From Blepharisma stoltei ATCC 30299 (taxonomy: Eukaryota > Protista > Ciliophora): a stretch of DNA of 64,000 bases. Positions within the stretch are counted from its first letter, which is position 1. Every line of letters begins with the position of its first letter. This document shows positions 13,131 to 26,985 of this stretch, piece by piece. Location: assembly GCA_965603825.1 (NCBI GenBank), contig CBFDEM010000045.1:519035-583034 (forward strand), in the 5' to 3' direction. The position numbers and the translations under genes are program-made. Under the pieces are notes generated by a model. That model saw only the letters and a list, made by a program, of their open reading frames with translations. It was not told where the DNA came from and made no database searches.

Positions 13131-14381
13131 TTAATTTTCATAGGAACGATAAGTCTCAATCAAATCAATAACTTCATGTGAAGCTTGATTAAATTCTTCA
13201 ATCTCCACTCCTTCACTTAGATATCAATGCAGAAAGGCATTTCTCCGCTTCATAAAATCGAAATCTTGGTGAATCCTATTTAAAATGTCCTTAAACCCTG
13301 TTGTATTTATCAATGAAGATGCTCCTCTCTTTAGCCCTCTTGGCTTAAACTCAGTCATTGAATATTTAATATTTTTTATCTCAATACCATTAACAAATGT
13401 CCCTTCTGAGCGAAAAAAATCTTCAATTTGTTGAGACTTCTCTTCAAAGCCTCTGAAGCAGCAAGCCATCGAAGTAATTCTATTGGTTTCTACGATTTCA
13501 CACATAGCATTCTCTGACACAATGTCTCTGAAAAAATCCTGAATTTCTCCAGAATGTCTCATACAGTTACATCTGCAAGTAAACGGTGAAAATCCAGGCA
13601 CAAGAAAATTCATTGTTTCAATAGGAGCAAGATTTTTCATCATCTTTTTCAAGTCTCCGTTTATCATACCCGGAAATCTAAAGGTAGATGTGGCTCCCCC
13701 TAATACTTGAGCTGCTAAATGATTAATATCTCCATAGGTTGGGTTAGGAATTTTATACCTTTTAAGCAAAATTCTCATAAGTGACTCAATATCTATTGCG
13801 AAAATTAGATTGTCAGGCATATGAAGAAAAGGAAAAGAAAGCACTACATTATAAGGCTCAACAACACAATCAGACACTTTTGGAGATGGAAAAACTGTCT
13901 GGAAGCAAAAGAGAATATCTGAGAACTCGTCTTTAAGAGTTTCAATAATTCTCGAAGTTAGCCCGCTTCCAGATCCACCGCCAAGACTGTGTGAGAACTC
14001 AAATGCCTGCAAGGAATCGCAGGCTTCTGCCTTAGCTCTTACAAGATCCCTTATATCATCATCTCCTTCTTTTCTGTAATATCCTTTTGCTCAATTTCAT
14101 GAGTTCTCAATTTCTATAAAATCTCTTTCATCATAATGATTTTTAAAATAAAATCCAGGGTTTAAAACCTCATTATACTTGCAGATCGATATATTCCGTG
14201 CTATATATTTTTGATCTTGTTTCTCCTCAAGATAAACCCCAATTTTTTCTTGGATATTTTCATTATTTACTTCTAATTTCCCATTTATATCAATAGAATA
14301 TTCATCAAAAATATTTTCCCAATTCAATTTCCCTAGCTGATTCCCACAATTTCCTACCTGAAGATGTAAAATTTCTCTCAT
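13131..14381 (-). CDS. Divergent beta-like tubulin (416 aa)
   Basis: MREILHLQVGNCGNQ, N(TGA)AKGYY, HSLGGGSGSG, VVEPYN, RFPG, AFLH(TGA)YLSEG. One frame with TGA=Trp; TAA at 13131. Confidence 0.9.
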
Positions 14382-14395
14382 ATTAATTATTATAT

Positions 14396-16663
14396 TTATT
14401 TTTTCCTTCTTCGAACTAGCGCAGACTCCTTAGCTTTTTGAATTAATTCTTCAGCTCTTAAGCTAACATATGACCTGTCAGAAGTAATTGAGCTTCTCCT
14501 TGATGTTTCCCTCGAAGACTGCTCTCCAAAAATTTGGATTTTTTCTTCCTCTTCTTCATCCTCTGGTATTGTTGTCACAAAACTCTGCTCAGTTGACCCT
14601 TTAGAGCTCGACTTCTTATAACCTTTTTTGCTTTTTGGTTTTCCCTTCTTATTGATATTAGTGATTTTATCTTCCACCATTTCAATTGAGCTCTCATTAA
14701 GATCCCCAGAAAACATCGGTATGGACTTATAAGGCAAAATGAAATCAGAAAAAATATTTGTGGAGACTGCATCAGGCGGGACATCATTTCTGTCTAATTG
14801 ATATATGTTGGGGTCAGGCCCTCCTCCGTATATGACGATATCATTTGTGACGAGCACTGCTGTGTAAAATCGTTTGGGTGGGATTGAACCTTCAACTTTG
14901 TATCTGCATCAATTCAAATTATTGTGCGTTAGATTCAAACTTCATAAGATGCCTGTGCTTGGGACTTTTATTGCGTTTCCTCTGCTATCAACTGAATTCC
15001 CAACGTATTCGAAAATTGAGTTCTCAATTAGCAGTGCGGTATGCCCGTATACAGATCCAGGGGATCTGCTAAACTGAGGCAGTCTTTGCCATTCCCAAGT
15101 CAATAAATTAAGACGCCACAAGTCATCTAGCACAATTTCTGAGTTAACACCTCCATGCATATATAGCCAGCACTCGTTGTAAAACTCATAGAGCATGCAG
15201 GCCATAGCTATTCTCCCAACAGGCATAGGGCCATCATTAGTAGAAGTAGCTATTTTGGTCCATTTTGCGTCATCAATGCTGAACGACCAAACTTCATTGG
15301 TATAGCCTTCGATCGAGATGAAGCCGCCGATTACGACCATTTCATGCGTTGTCGGATGGATAAAGGCATAATGGCCTGCCCGTGCAGGAATTCTCTTTTT
15401 GCTTTTAGGTATGCTTCAGGTCATCGAGTTTATGTTCAGGACATAAATTTCCCCTGAGCATTCTTGAAGATTTCCTCCTCCATAATAAATTACAATGTTC
15501 TTTTCCTTATCATAAGCACAAGAATGGTAAGAGAGGGCTGGAGACTCTCCTTGATAGTCAATTTTTTCCCAAGCTTTTTCTTTATATTTGAATAGATATA
15601 AATCATTATTTACAACCCCCCTAGAGTCTCCTCCATGAATGACGATACCCCCTAAAGCTTCAATGTAGCAAGCAGTGTGTCCAACTCTTTCTGAAGGACA
15701 ATTTCCGACTACTTTCAAGCATATCCATCTAAGCCCAATATTTGGGTTAAATGCATAAATATCTCCACTCAGAACAGACCCTGTTTTCCCACCAATGTAT
15801 ATAATTGAGTCTCCTAGGCTAACTGATGCGAAGGAGACCCTTATTCCTGGCTTATTTCCTGTGCATTCCAGCTTGTGTCATATATATTGGTCATCAATTA
15901 GGTCTAATGAGTACGTAGAGTCGCTTTCTTCTGAGTAAGAGATTCCTCCATACACATAAAAGCTTCCAGAATCACAGCGGCTGAATCCATAGAGCTCGAG
16001 CTTATCAGGAATTGTCCCCAAAGTTGATATCACTTGCCATTCTCTTGTCTGAAGGCTTAATAAATAAAACTTTAACACTGAAGACCCTAAGCAGTAAATG
16101 ACTTTATTATAGATAACACAGTTCCAGCCTGTTCCTTTTGGCCTATCTTCCCCTACAGTATTTATTTGGTTCCATTGCCTAGCTTTGACGTCAAACGACC
16201 ATAAATCATCTAAATATCTGTCTTCCCCTGACTCCGGATTCGTTCCATAGCCAGCTATAATGTACAAATGTGATTCATTCATATCACCACACATCCCATA
16301 TCTAGGTCATGGGACTTTGCGGGAATCTGAAACACATTCCCAATTATAAGTTCTAGTGTTAAATACATAAGTGTCATTATAAAAGTTGTTTGTATGAGCC
16401 CCTCCGAATATTACGATCAAATGCTTTTCAACATATTTGATTACATGGAGATGCCTGGCTGAAGGTCTACTGGATAGTGATAATTCAGAGAATTTTTCTC
16501 AGGCATTTGCTTTTAAATCGAAAATCAAAAAGGAGTCCAAGTAGTTTCTCCCATCATATCCTCCGAAAATAAACAGCTTATCTTCTCCATAAGCAACTCC
16601 TAAGTTCATAGCTTTGGGTACTTCATAAGTATCATCTGGAATTTCAATTTTATGATAAGCCAT
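14396..16663 (-). CDS. Kelch-repeat beta-propeller protein (755 aa)
   Basis: Four track ORFs share one frame and join via TGA. Repeated R..H...FGG/YGG...DLW/DLY...W kelch blades. ATG at 16663. Confidence 0.88.
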
Positions 16664-16711
16664 GTTGATTTTTACTTAAATTTTAATTAGTCGCAGCTGT
16701 GTATGATTATA

Positions 16712-17611
16712 CTAAAAAATATAATCTTTTCGAGAGCTATCAGAGTCAATCGAAAACGAGCCCACTAAAAAGGTTTTGTTCACATTGAATGACCCATATG
16801 AGAAATCATGATCAGCGGTTGCAATAAACGTGTAATTTTTCATATGTACACTGCCTCTTATCTGGGCTAATTTTTCAGGACTTGCTCTGCAGTGCGTTTT
16901 TAGTGAGCTTTCTTGGTCTTCATCTTTACCCAAGTCTTCTAATGGGATGACATGGTTTTTGCTTGGCTTTTTTCTCAGCTCTTGTATAAACTCATAGGTA
17001 GTTTTGCCTTTGAACCCCAAATAGATGTGGATACCAATCAGGTATCCAATAGCCAAAAATACAGAGCCATTAATTAAAATGTCGACAAATAAAACCGCAA
17101 AAATCAAGGATTCAGTTGATTTATCATCTAGCAGTCCATCTGAAAATCCTTGCCTTAGCACATAAATTTCAAATGATAGCAATACGGAAGTCCCGGCTTC
17201 CAGAGTTCAAATTAGCGCAATAAATTTCCAATAATTGGATTTTCCCACACAATTGTTCAGTCATTTGCAGTGATGGTCAAATCTATCAACACATCGATTG
17301 CAATGACCACAGTGCTTTGCTGATTCTGTCACGTAAATTTTGCATATTGTGCAAAAAAAGTTGATACTTGTATCCAAAGCTAAATCTTCAACGTTGATTG
17401 CTATTGTTGGATCTGAGCTAGTTGCTATATAGCCTTCAATTAGAACTGAAATATGAAAAGTATAAAATAAAACCAAAAACAGGATAGCTAAGTCATTTGA
17501 TAAGAAAAGTGAGACGCAGAGGATGCTGATCACTGTGTGAAGAATCATGAGGATTCATGAGGTAATTTGAAATAGATGAAAAGGCCTTCGAAAACCATTT
17601 TTCTTTGTCAT
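16712..17611 (-). CDS. DHHC palmitoyltransferase (ZDHHC1/11-like)
   Basis: KNGFRRPFH N-terminus, KHCGHCNRCVDRFDHHCK(TGA)LNNCVG, TTYEFI. Confidence 0.93.
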
Positions 17612-17828
17612 TGAATATTGATTTTTTTAAAAATATATATCCTATTCTTAGCATGCAAAGAGTTTTATATTAAATTAAACAAGACTGTATATTCTTACCT
17701 GCTGCCTTAATTTCCTATTCATTTTTAATATCTAGACATTTACATCAAATAAGTTAAAAATAATTTATTATTATGGCTATAATAATTAATAATTTGTATC
17801 TCTTTGCCTATTTTAGTTATTGCGCATC

Positions 17829-18719
17829 TTATTTAGTAAATGGGTTTCCATCCATAAACCCATCTACATCACTAATAGTAAATTCATTAAAAATTCCTTT
17901 AAAATTCGATTTCATTCACTCAGCTCTTCTTGATTTCTTGAAAAATCATTTATTATGCATAACCCTTTCCAATCTGAAAGAGTGAAACTCTAATTTTTCT
18001 GGGTTTTCATCTCCTTCCACAATATTCCCATCTTTGTCTACTACTAGCAGTTTAAAGGAACTAGTAAAGCCTACGTCCAAAACATACATATGAATTGATC
18101 GAAATTTCAAGGCCATCCTTAGATTTGCTAAATGTTCTTTAAATGGTGATATATCGTCTAGCTTATTAAGGTTCTTCAAGTCAAGCGAGTACATTTTATC
18201 GTCATAGCCACGATCTTTATATCCTTGTAAATGTTTAGAGAAAAACCTAAAAGAATAATATTCACGATTTTTACGAAAATCAGGCAAACTATTTTGGAGA
18301 ATTTTATAGTTGGATTTTGGCAAATTCAAGTTTCGATAAGGAAGCAAATTACCTATATATTTGGTTCTACCTAAATATATTGTTTTGGACCTTTCTATAT
18401 CTCCAATTGATTTAATTGCGTACCCTTGACCTTTAAAAGATATCATTGAATCCTTGATTTTTTTATACAAGTTTCATTCACATAGATCTTCTAGGTCTTG
18501 AATTCTATTATTTGCAAGTAAAGATAAGAATAATCCACAGCTACGACTTGCATCTTTGAGCATTTTGGCATGAAAATAGTTTAAAATTCTATCAATATTA
18601 TTTAAATCAATGTCTTTTGAGTAGAATTGCAACGGGAAGTCAACTAAATCTTGGATGATTGCCTTAGGATGTATATGGTAAGGATATGGAGGTAAAATCT
18701 TTCTAGGCAATATTTTCAT
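17829..18719 (-). CDS. Hypothetical protein, possibly Tim44/MAIP1-like (296 aa)
   Basis: Fragments join in frame via TGA. C-terminus HSFRLE...FTISDVDGFMDGNPF weakly recalls Tim44-like domains. Confidence 0.5.
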
Positions 18720-18731
18720 TTTTATTATAAT

Positions 18732-19412
18732 TTAATTAGATATTTTTTGTTGAATATAGACTGTTGCTTCGCCTCAGCTCATTTTCTTTGTTATTGTCTC
18801 ATGCACAGTCCATTTTGATGACTCAAGTACTCAACTTGTGGTTAAGATCCAAGTTCCAATTTTTACCGGAAAATCTGAAATCCTTCTCATCATGTCTGGG
18901 CTGTAGCATGTAGAATTGGCGAATATGAAATCTGCGTCAGCCCATCCTCTCTCAAACATATCGACATTCTCGAAAATTACTTCAGCGTGGCATGCTTCTG
19001 ATCTACCTATGATTTCATCATACTTTTCTTTCATATTTAAAGATATGTCATATAAGCTATGCAGTAATTCCAGACCAACACATTTTTGAAAATTATGCAG
19101 CAAAGCAGCTGCTATCACACATTTTCCAGATCCGGATCCTAAATCATAAAATACTCCGCCACTTGGAATCCCTCCATATCGATTTTTTATAGTTTCGAAG
19201 ACTTCACCTATAGAATAAAAATCGATTTCACCATATACAAAAGTTGAAGATTTTATACTGCAGCTAGTTCTTTCAGCTTTGCTTGCATTTTTAGCAATTT
19301 CATATGTCCAATCTCCAACTATTTGGTTAAATATTGCGCCTCTTCTATTTAGTTCCAGCTTTGACTCATCAGATAGTATATAAGGATTATCAGATTCATT
19401 GAGGAAATCCAT
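18732..19412 (-). CDS. DOT1-like class I SAM-dependent methyltransferase
   Basis: YGEI, FYDLGSGSGK, GLEL, FANSTCY and C-terminal MS(TGA)G. TAA at 18732. Confidence 0.8.
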
Positions 19413-19469
19413 TTGCTTTTTCTAGAATTAATCAATTAATTATAATCATATTAAAATTTATCTCAAATC

Positions 19470-21983
19470 TTAACCAATAAATCTTATTAGAAATAGCTGG
19501 ATAGCATAAAAAATAACGCCTTGATAGGTATGCTCCCACTTTATCGGTGCCAAAAACACACGACTTGATATTTTTGCAATCAAGCAAAAGCCAAGGAAAA
19601 ATACGCACTTTAAGAAAACAAACATGTGTATCATCGTCCAAGCTGTGTACATTTTCCCCCAATTACTGACTTGGACCCAGAGATTATGAAGGCCAAAGCA
19701 CAGGAAAATTGTAAAAAAATACCCAGTGTGAGGAGAGTATTCATAGCTGTGATCTGAAGCTGAAATATAAAAAAAGCTGTATAATGCAGCTAAAGTTATA
19801 CAAATTCAGTTTCTTATAGGCCTAGCTCGTATAGTTGATGGGAATGATACATATAAAAATTGTGTGACGACTGGAACTCCAAAATCAATGCATAGAATCC
19901 CAAAACTTGATGGCACTAGTCCACTATAAAGACTAAGCAAAATATGTGTAAAACATGGTATTAAAGACCCCACAACCGCTTGAAAAATAAATAAAGTCAC
20001 TTTTCTAGCATTTTTCAGTTCAATTACAGCATTGAGGAAATCATCAACCCCTTTATCAGACAGCATAACTAAGTCTGAAATTGCTTTCACTTCTTTCGTA
20101 TTAGTCTTGTGGGTCATTGATATTTGAGAAATTTTGAGTGCAAGCGAGTTTCTTCCAAAATATGCTGATTTTTTGTCTTTGTAGTTTTCTATTAAGTGGC
20201 AAGTGTCATAAGTTGATAATGAAGGGATCATGCTGAATCGATTGTTTTCAATTATTCTAGGATTCTTTTTAATTTGGTCTGGGAAGTAAATCATTGGGTC
20301 ATTAGGAAGCTTGCCTAGATCATACACCTCTGGATCATGCTTGAGAAATCCTGAAGTAAGAGACAAGTTTACCAAATACTCTTTGGATTCTGGCCCAATC
20401 GCCACTATATTTATTCCTAAATCTGACGCAAGTTGAGCCCATTGTGATGCATTATTAGTGTGTTCTCTAATTCCCAGAATCCCAATAAGTGAGAAATTAA
20501 ACATATCAGTCGTTATTCCAGACTCTTCAATTTTTTCAAGACTTTGAGGAAGCACATCTGAATATGCCAAGGCCAAGCATTTTATTCCATGATTTGCGAA
20601 GTCATCTATAATTGTAGCGAAATAACTTATATCAACAGGCATAAGTTTTCCATTCACATACATTTCTTTGGAGTTTTTCAAAACGTCCTTGGCATCGCCT
20701 AGTAAAATCCCACTAAAAGCAAGTTTGTCTTTATCATTAATGACTGCCAAGGTAAACTTGTTTTTCTCTGACATGTTTATCTTGTAAATTGTATCGTAAT
20801 CTTTTTTACTTATTTCTAAGTCAGCTAAAAAGTTGATTAAAGCTTTTTCAAAAGGAGCTTTATATTGATCATCTTCTGAATCTTCTTCTGACTCATTAGG
20901 CATTTTTGACTTTAAAACAACATCTATTAGGTCAATTAGCAGTTTAAAGTCCTTGGGCTTGCTTTTCAAGGCTTCGGATGCAGTCATCAGCTTTCCTTCG
21001 ATAAAGACCTGCTCGACTTCTTTTTGACTATTGAGCAGGGCATATCTAGTATCGATAAAAAGAGTTTTTATTTTTGTGAGTTCTTTATATGCGTCTGTAT
21101 TTTTTGGATAAATATTGTTCTTTAGCAATACATGGCTGTGAGAAGAGGTATTAATTCCTTTCGAAAAATTTCAATAATGAGGCATTTTTATAAAAATCAA
21201 AAGTAAAGCAATTGCTGATACATACCAAGGTCTGGTACCAAATCCATATCTAAATAATACCAATCCTATTCATAAAATGCCCACGAAAGCTAGCCATTTA
21301 GAGTCGTTGTCATTTTCAAAATAGTCAATTTTGCTTAACTTTGCTAAAAATGTGTCTTTTCCAGTTTTCAATACAATTCCAAGCCCTTTTCCACTTTCAA
21401 CTATTGATCCTTGGAAAGCCATATTTGGGCTTCTATAGTAATTGCCACTCCCATTTATTTCTCCTATATGAACTCCTTCTTTCCCAAATAAGCTGCACCC
21501 ATTAATGACAGGTTTAATACTCCCCACATTAACAAGCCTTATATCAGCCGGAATGGTCATTGGTTCTTGTATTTGGATCACATCTCCACGGACTAAGAAT
21601 TTGCTTTCAACCATATTTGAGGTCCCATTCCTTATGGCTGGCACCATAGAGTCTATTGTTGGGAATTCTGGATATTGCCGAGTAAATGCTTTTATTATGA
21701 ATAGAGCCACTGTGAATAGAATAATAAATATATGAGAAAGTATATGTGATGGGCCTGTATTAGCAATTTCTGCCATGAGGGTTGTAAAGAGAATGCAATA
21801 AAGAATGAAAATTCGATTTATGTATAGTTGGGTAAGGACTGTAGGCTTGTGAGTTGGCAATATGTTATAGCCAGTTTCTACAAGACGGTCTGCGATTTGG
21901 ACGTGGCTTAAGCCTTGAGTGGTTGATGTGAGACCAAGACTTTGCATCAGATCATCTAGTGGAATTAAATGCTCCTTTTCCAT
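19470..21983 (-). CDS. Degenerate P-type ATPase, Na+/K+ (P2C)-like, 837 aa
   Basis: EHLIPLDDL...GL...GYNIL, LVRGDV...IPADIRL, NMAFQGS..ESGKGLGIV.KTG..T, ILCID. The track ORFs join via TGA into a single frame. Confidence 0.8.
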
Positions 21984-22937
21984 ATTAAACAAATTTCTAA
22001 ATTGATATCTACTTATAATGTGGCACAAAAAAGGGATTTTTTACTATTTATTTACATTTCATTTTTATATCGTTTTCGACATTTTGCAAATTTTGGTTTT
22101 GTTGCTACTGTATGCTCATATATATGGCTAATTGACCTCTTAATTCCTGAGCCATGACTTATCGGGACTCGAAACCTTGGGGAGAAAGCGAGGTGTTAAT
22201 TTGCACCCGCCTAGGTTTTAAAGTTGCAGGTGGATAGGCGATGATGAGCTGACCTGCCTAAGTCAAATTCTGGAGCAAATTTTCCGCATAAGAAATAGGA
22301 CATGAAATTCGAAAAGATTCTTCTATCAGTGTTAGTGCCTACTGGGACACTTACCCTAAGCAATACCAACAATTGCTCCTAAGCTTCAAGTTTTCATTTT
22401 AGTCAGCTAAATAGAAAGTTCGACCATTTGAATTTTATCCGACAAGGTGACACAAACTTTCAGACTTCAAGTAGCCCAGGTCCTCTCTGGAAGGAGCAGG
22501 ACAGCTCAAGCCATGTCGAGGTTTGGCGAGCAAGTGGTGGAGCTTATGGAAGCGAATCGAGAGATTAACCCTGCAGAGGCTTCTCAATAATCTAAAATAT
22601 CGATAACGCTACTGATGGTTCTATTTGTAAAAATTATAGAAAAGCTTGAAAAATCCATTTCTCTTATGATCTAATGCATGAATCTGTTTCTATCTCCACA
22701 ATTTTATCCTTCTTTATAACTTTCATAGCGAACAGCTCGACAAGTAATTCAATTAATTTTAAACTGAACAGCAGCTTAAAGCTATTTAACTAAAAATTAT
22801 CAACAAAAGACATGCAATAAGCTCATGTAACACATCCTAGCCAAATAAACTTATTACGTCATACAAATCTAACAACCATTCCAAAGATGATATCAGCCTA
22901 TTTAGTAGTTAAAAATGTTTAGCATTACAATAGTTTA

Positions 22938-23159
22938 CTACTTGACCCCATGGAACATCTTATAAGTACAGCTAAGATATTCCCTTCTAATGTTTTTAAC
23001 TAGATCCTCGTTACCATCCATCCTTGCTTCTTCGAATTTCAAAGTTTCTTTCTGACACAACGCTTGGGCTTGAGCTCCTTTGGTGATTAAAGCCTTTCCA
23101 GCAGCTAACATAGCTCCAGGAAATGCTAAAAATTTAAGCGCCAAAGAGTTGTTTGACAT
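22938..23159 (-). CDS. Small hypothetical protein (73 aa)
   Basis: ATG after an AT-rich leader, coding-like GC content, TAG stop. Confidence 0.55.
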   Translation of the reverse strand: MSNNSLALKFLAFPGAMLAAGKALITKGAQAQALCQKETLKFEEARMDGNEDLVKNIRREYLSCTYKMFHGVK

Positions 23160-23416
23160 TTTGATATATTTTATTATTATTCATGGAAGCTCCATTAATT
23201 AATTTTTCTTGACTATTTAACGATTTTTAAAGCATATTGCACAATGGAAAATTGTTACTATTTTTTTGGATGGTGGGTAGGCTATTTTCGATCCAATGAT
23301 GAGTGCATATTATTAGATTCTTTCTTTAAGAGTTAGTTAATCAAATTTTGAGGAAATTGAAGAGAAGAATTGCTTTCTCTAGGAATGGAAATTCTTTATA
23401 ATACAAAGTGCTGTAA

Positions 23417-24505
<1,089 letters not shown>

Positions 24506-24506
24506 G

Positions 24507-25727
24507 CTAAGCAGTCTTTAAGAATATGACGATTACTGTAATGTCGTCGTTGTTGCTGTTTCTTTCACTCCATCTCTTGTTGGCTTCTTTTAAAAGAGAA
24601 TCGCATGCTGACTGGGGATACCCAAACTCTCAGCCAACCTTGCAGAGAGAAACTGCTTCTTCGTTAGACATCACGTCTCACAGCCCATCTGAGGCAAGTA
24701 TTATGAACTTATCGTCTTTTGTTAATTCAAATTGCCGCATATCAGGGTCAGGGATAACGCCCACTTCGGTTGCAAATCGATCTCCGATAGATCTTGACAT
24801 TGCAAGTCCTGGAGTATCTTGGTTGCCAATCCATACTCTTAAAGGCCCTACACTGCTTCCTCGGTGTGTGTACAGAGTATCAACTCTTCCTCCAAAACTT
24901 TCAATTCGCTTCCTTTCAGTCAGGTTATCTGGCTTATGGTCTTTCGACAGCGGAATAGCCACAAATCTTTTGTCTGTTTTCCTTCCTAAAACAGCCCGGC
25001 TATCTCCAACTGAAGCACAAGTCAAAAGTTTTCCTATAATTAAGACAGACACCAAGGTACTTCCAGAAAAATCAGTGTTAATATTTTTATTAAGCACCAG
25101 CTCCTTGTGCAACTTAATAATACATTTTTTCATGCTCAGAGCTGGGCCTTCTTGAGCTCTGTAGTTGAGCCTTTTATTTAAAATTTCTGGGAATTTTTCT
25201 TTGATTTCAGCAGAGATGATATGGCCATGAAGCCCATGGCCATCACACACCCCATACAAACTTTGTGACTCCTTGCCTTGGAATTTAGAAAAACAAAAAT
25301 AGGAATCTTGGTTATGTGACTTGCTCAAAAGGCCGAGGGTCCCTGTTTTCGTTCTGAAATCATAAGTCTGATGAAAATATTTGAATTCCTTGGCTTCTTC
25401 TTCTTTTAAAGGGAAGAGCTTCTGTGTTAAGTGTTTAAGATTTCTTGCTAGAATTTTGTTCCTGTTCAGAATAAGCGTAGAGTTTGACTTTTTCGGGATT
25501 ATGGAGGAGAGCGATCTGGCATTAATATTTGACTTTGATGGGATTGTTGAGGCAGCTTTTAAAGTGCTGATGGATAAATTTTCTCTTCTTTGGGACGATA
25601 AACTTGATCTATGATTAATAAACTGATACAATTCGTGGCTGACTGACTTTCTTTGGCTTCCATGAGCAGGAGGAAAAAATGAAAATTCATTCGACATTTG
25701 GGTGTTCATTTTAATAACAGAGGCCAT
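24507..25727 (-). CDS. Protein phosphatase 2C
   Basis: NQD, VCDGHG, SGST, VGDSRA, DHKP, GLAMSRSIGD, ASDGL(TGA)DV, DDIT. TAG at 24507. Confidence 0.95.
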
Positions 25728-25791
25728 TAATTCATAAAGATGCTAAAAATATGCAAATAAATCGTATTATGTTAGATGGAATTTATATAAA

Positions 25792-26907
25792 TTAAGAGAA
25801 AATCACTAATAGAAGTATTGATAAGGTAAAATAGCTTCCTGAATCATCATTTATCTGATGAGGTGTTGGCCAGTTAGCAGGATTGAGATTGTTCCAAAGA
25901 GCCTGCAATCCCCAGTACTGAGATGTATACATCTTTTGAACACATTTATCATTTCCTTGTATTTTAGCATACATATTAACCTTTGCATATAAATACATAA
26001 AATAAACATAATTTGTTGAGTCCCAAAAGTTTTTTATACAATTAGTGCCAAGCCTTTGCATAGTATTGCAAATATAAACCTCCTCTGAAGTAAGCCATTT
26101 TTTCAATTGCCCTAGATATTCAACCATAGGCTGATCCCCAGGAAACAAGCTGCAATAGCTTGCTCCAGCTGAATTTAAGCCGCAAGTACAAGTATTGTGA
26201 AAAATAGTGTTAAATTTTGGTTCTGGATTAGAAGCACAGTCAGTTGGTAATTGTGAGCATTGAACAGGCAGAGTTCCATTTGAAGTTAAAGAAGGCATAC
26301 AATAGTATTGCTTTCCGTTTTGAAAGCAGGCACCTGACTGGCATAGCAAATTGATATTATTAGTGCAAGATGCAAGAGGTGAGTAGTCAGGGAATGTAAA
26401 ATATGTATAGCAAGTTCCAGCTACACGGGTAGTTGAATTGCATCCTGCTCCATTTTCACAATCATAATCTGAAGTGCAGCCAGATTGATTTGCAGAGAGC
26501 TGGGGTTGGCAAGTGTCAGATGCTGAATTACAATAAAGCCCAGGGTTGCACGTGCTATCATCATCACAATCTTCTCCCTTTGCTGAGCCTGAACAAATTC
26601 CTGCTTGATTGCAGGGACCTCCATTTATGCAGTCAACACTATAATTGCAAAGTTCACCCACATGCGATACTGCAATAGATTGTGTAGGCTGAGTAAAAGA
26701 GCATAAATTTGAAGAAGCCGAACAAGTATAGCTGTTATCACATGGTCTTAAATACACATCTGTAGAGGTGCTGTTAATACACTGGTCCAAAGAAAAGTTT
26801 GAGTCATCTTCTGCGCATTGATATACTAAGCAGCCTGAGGCTTCGAGCGACTCTTTATTGATAGCTGCGAAAATTGGCACTAAAATAAAAATAATCGCCA
26901 ATCCCAT
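25792..26907 (-). CDS. Cys-rich secreted, probably GPI-anchored surface protein
   Basis: Signal peptide, many Cys in repeated C..D.DC..G..C units, hydrophobic C-terminus. Confidence 0.75.
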   Translation of the reverse strand: MGLAIIFILVPIFAAINKESLEASGCLVYQCAEDDSNFSLDQCINSTSTDVYLRPCDNSYTCSASSNLCSFTQPTQSIAVSHVGELCNYSVDCINGGPCNQAGICSGSAKGEDCDDDSTCNPGLYCNSASDTCQPQLSANQSGCTSDYDCENGAGCNSTTRVAGTCYTYFTFPDYSPLASCTNNINLLCQSGACFQNGKQYYCMPSLTSNGTLPVQCSQLPTDCASNPEPKFNTIFHNTCTCGLNSAGASYCSLFPGDQPMVEYLGQLKKWLTSEEVYICNTMQRLGTNCIKNFWDSTNYVYFMYLYAKVNMYAKIQGNDKCVQKMYTSQYWGLQALWNNLNPANWPTPHQINDDSGSYFTLSILLLVIFS

Positions 26908-26985
26908 TATGATTCTTTTATTGCGACAAAAAAACTATTTTCTATTAATAAATTCTTAGCTATTAGCCAGTTTTTTAATAATAAA

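Noticed and set aside
22474-22502. SRP RNA gene
   Set aside because: The helix-8 resemblance lacks the GNRA tetraloop and correct pairing, and no Alu domain is recognisable.
24526-25155. 209-aa antisense ORF over PP2C, and similar shadow ORFs in the track
   Set aside because: They are antisense or alternate-frame shadows of well-supported genes and have no motifs.
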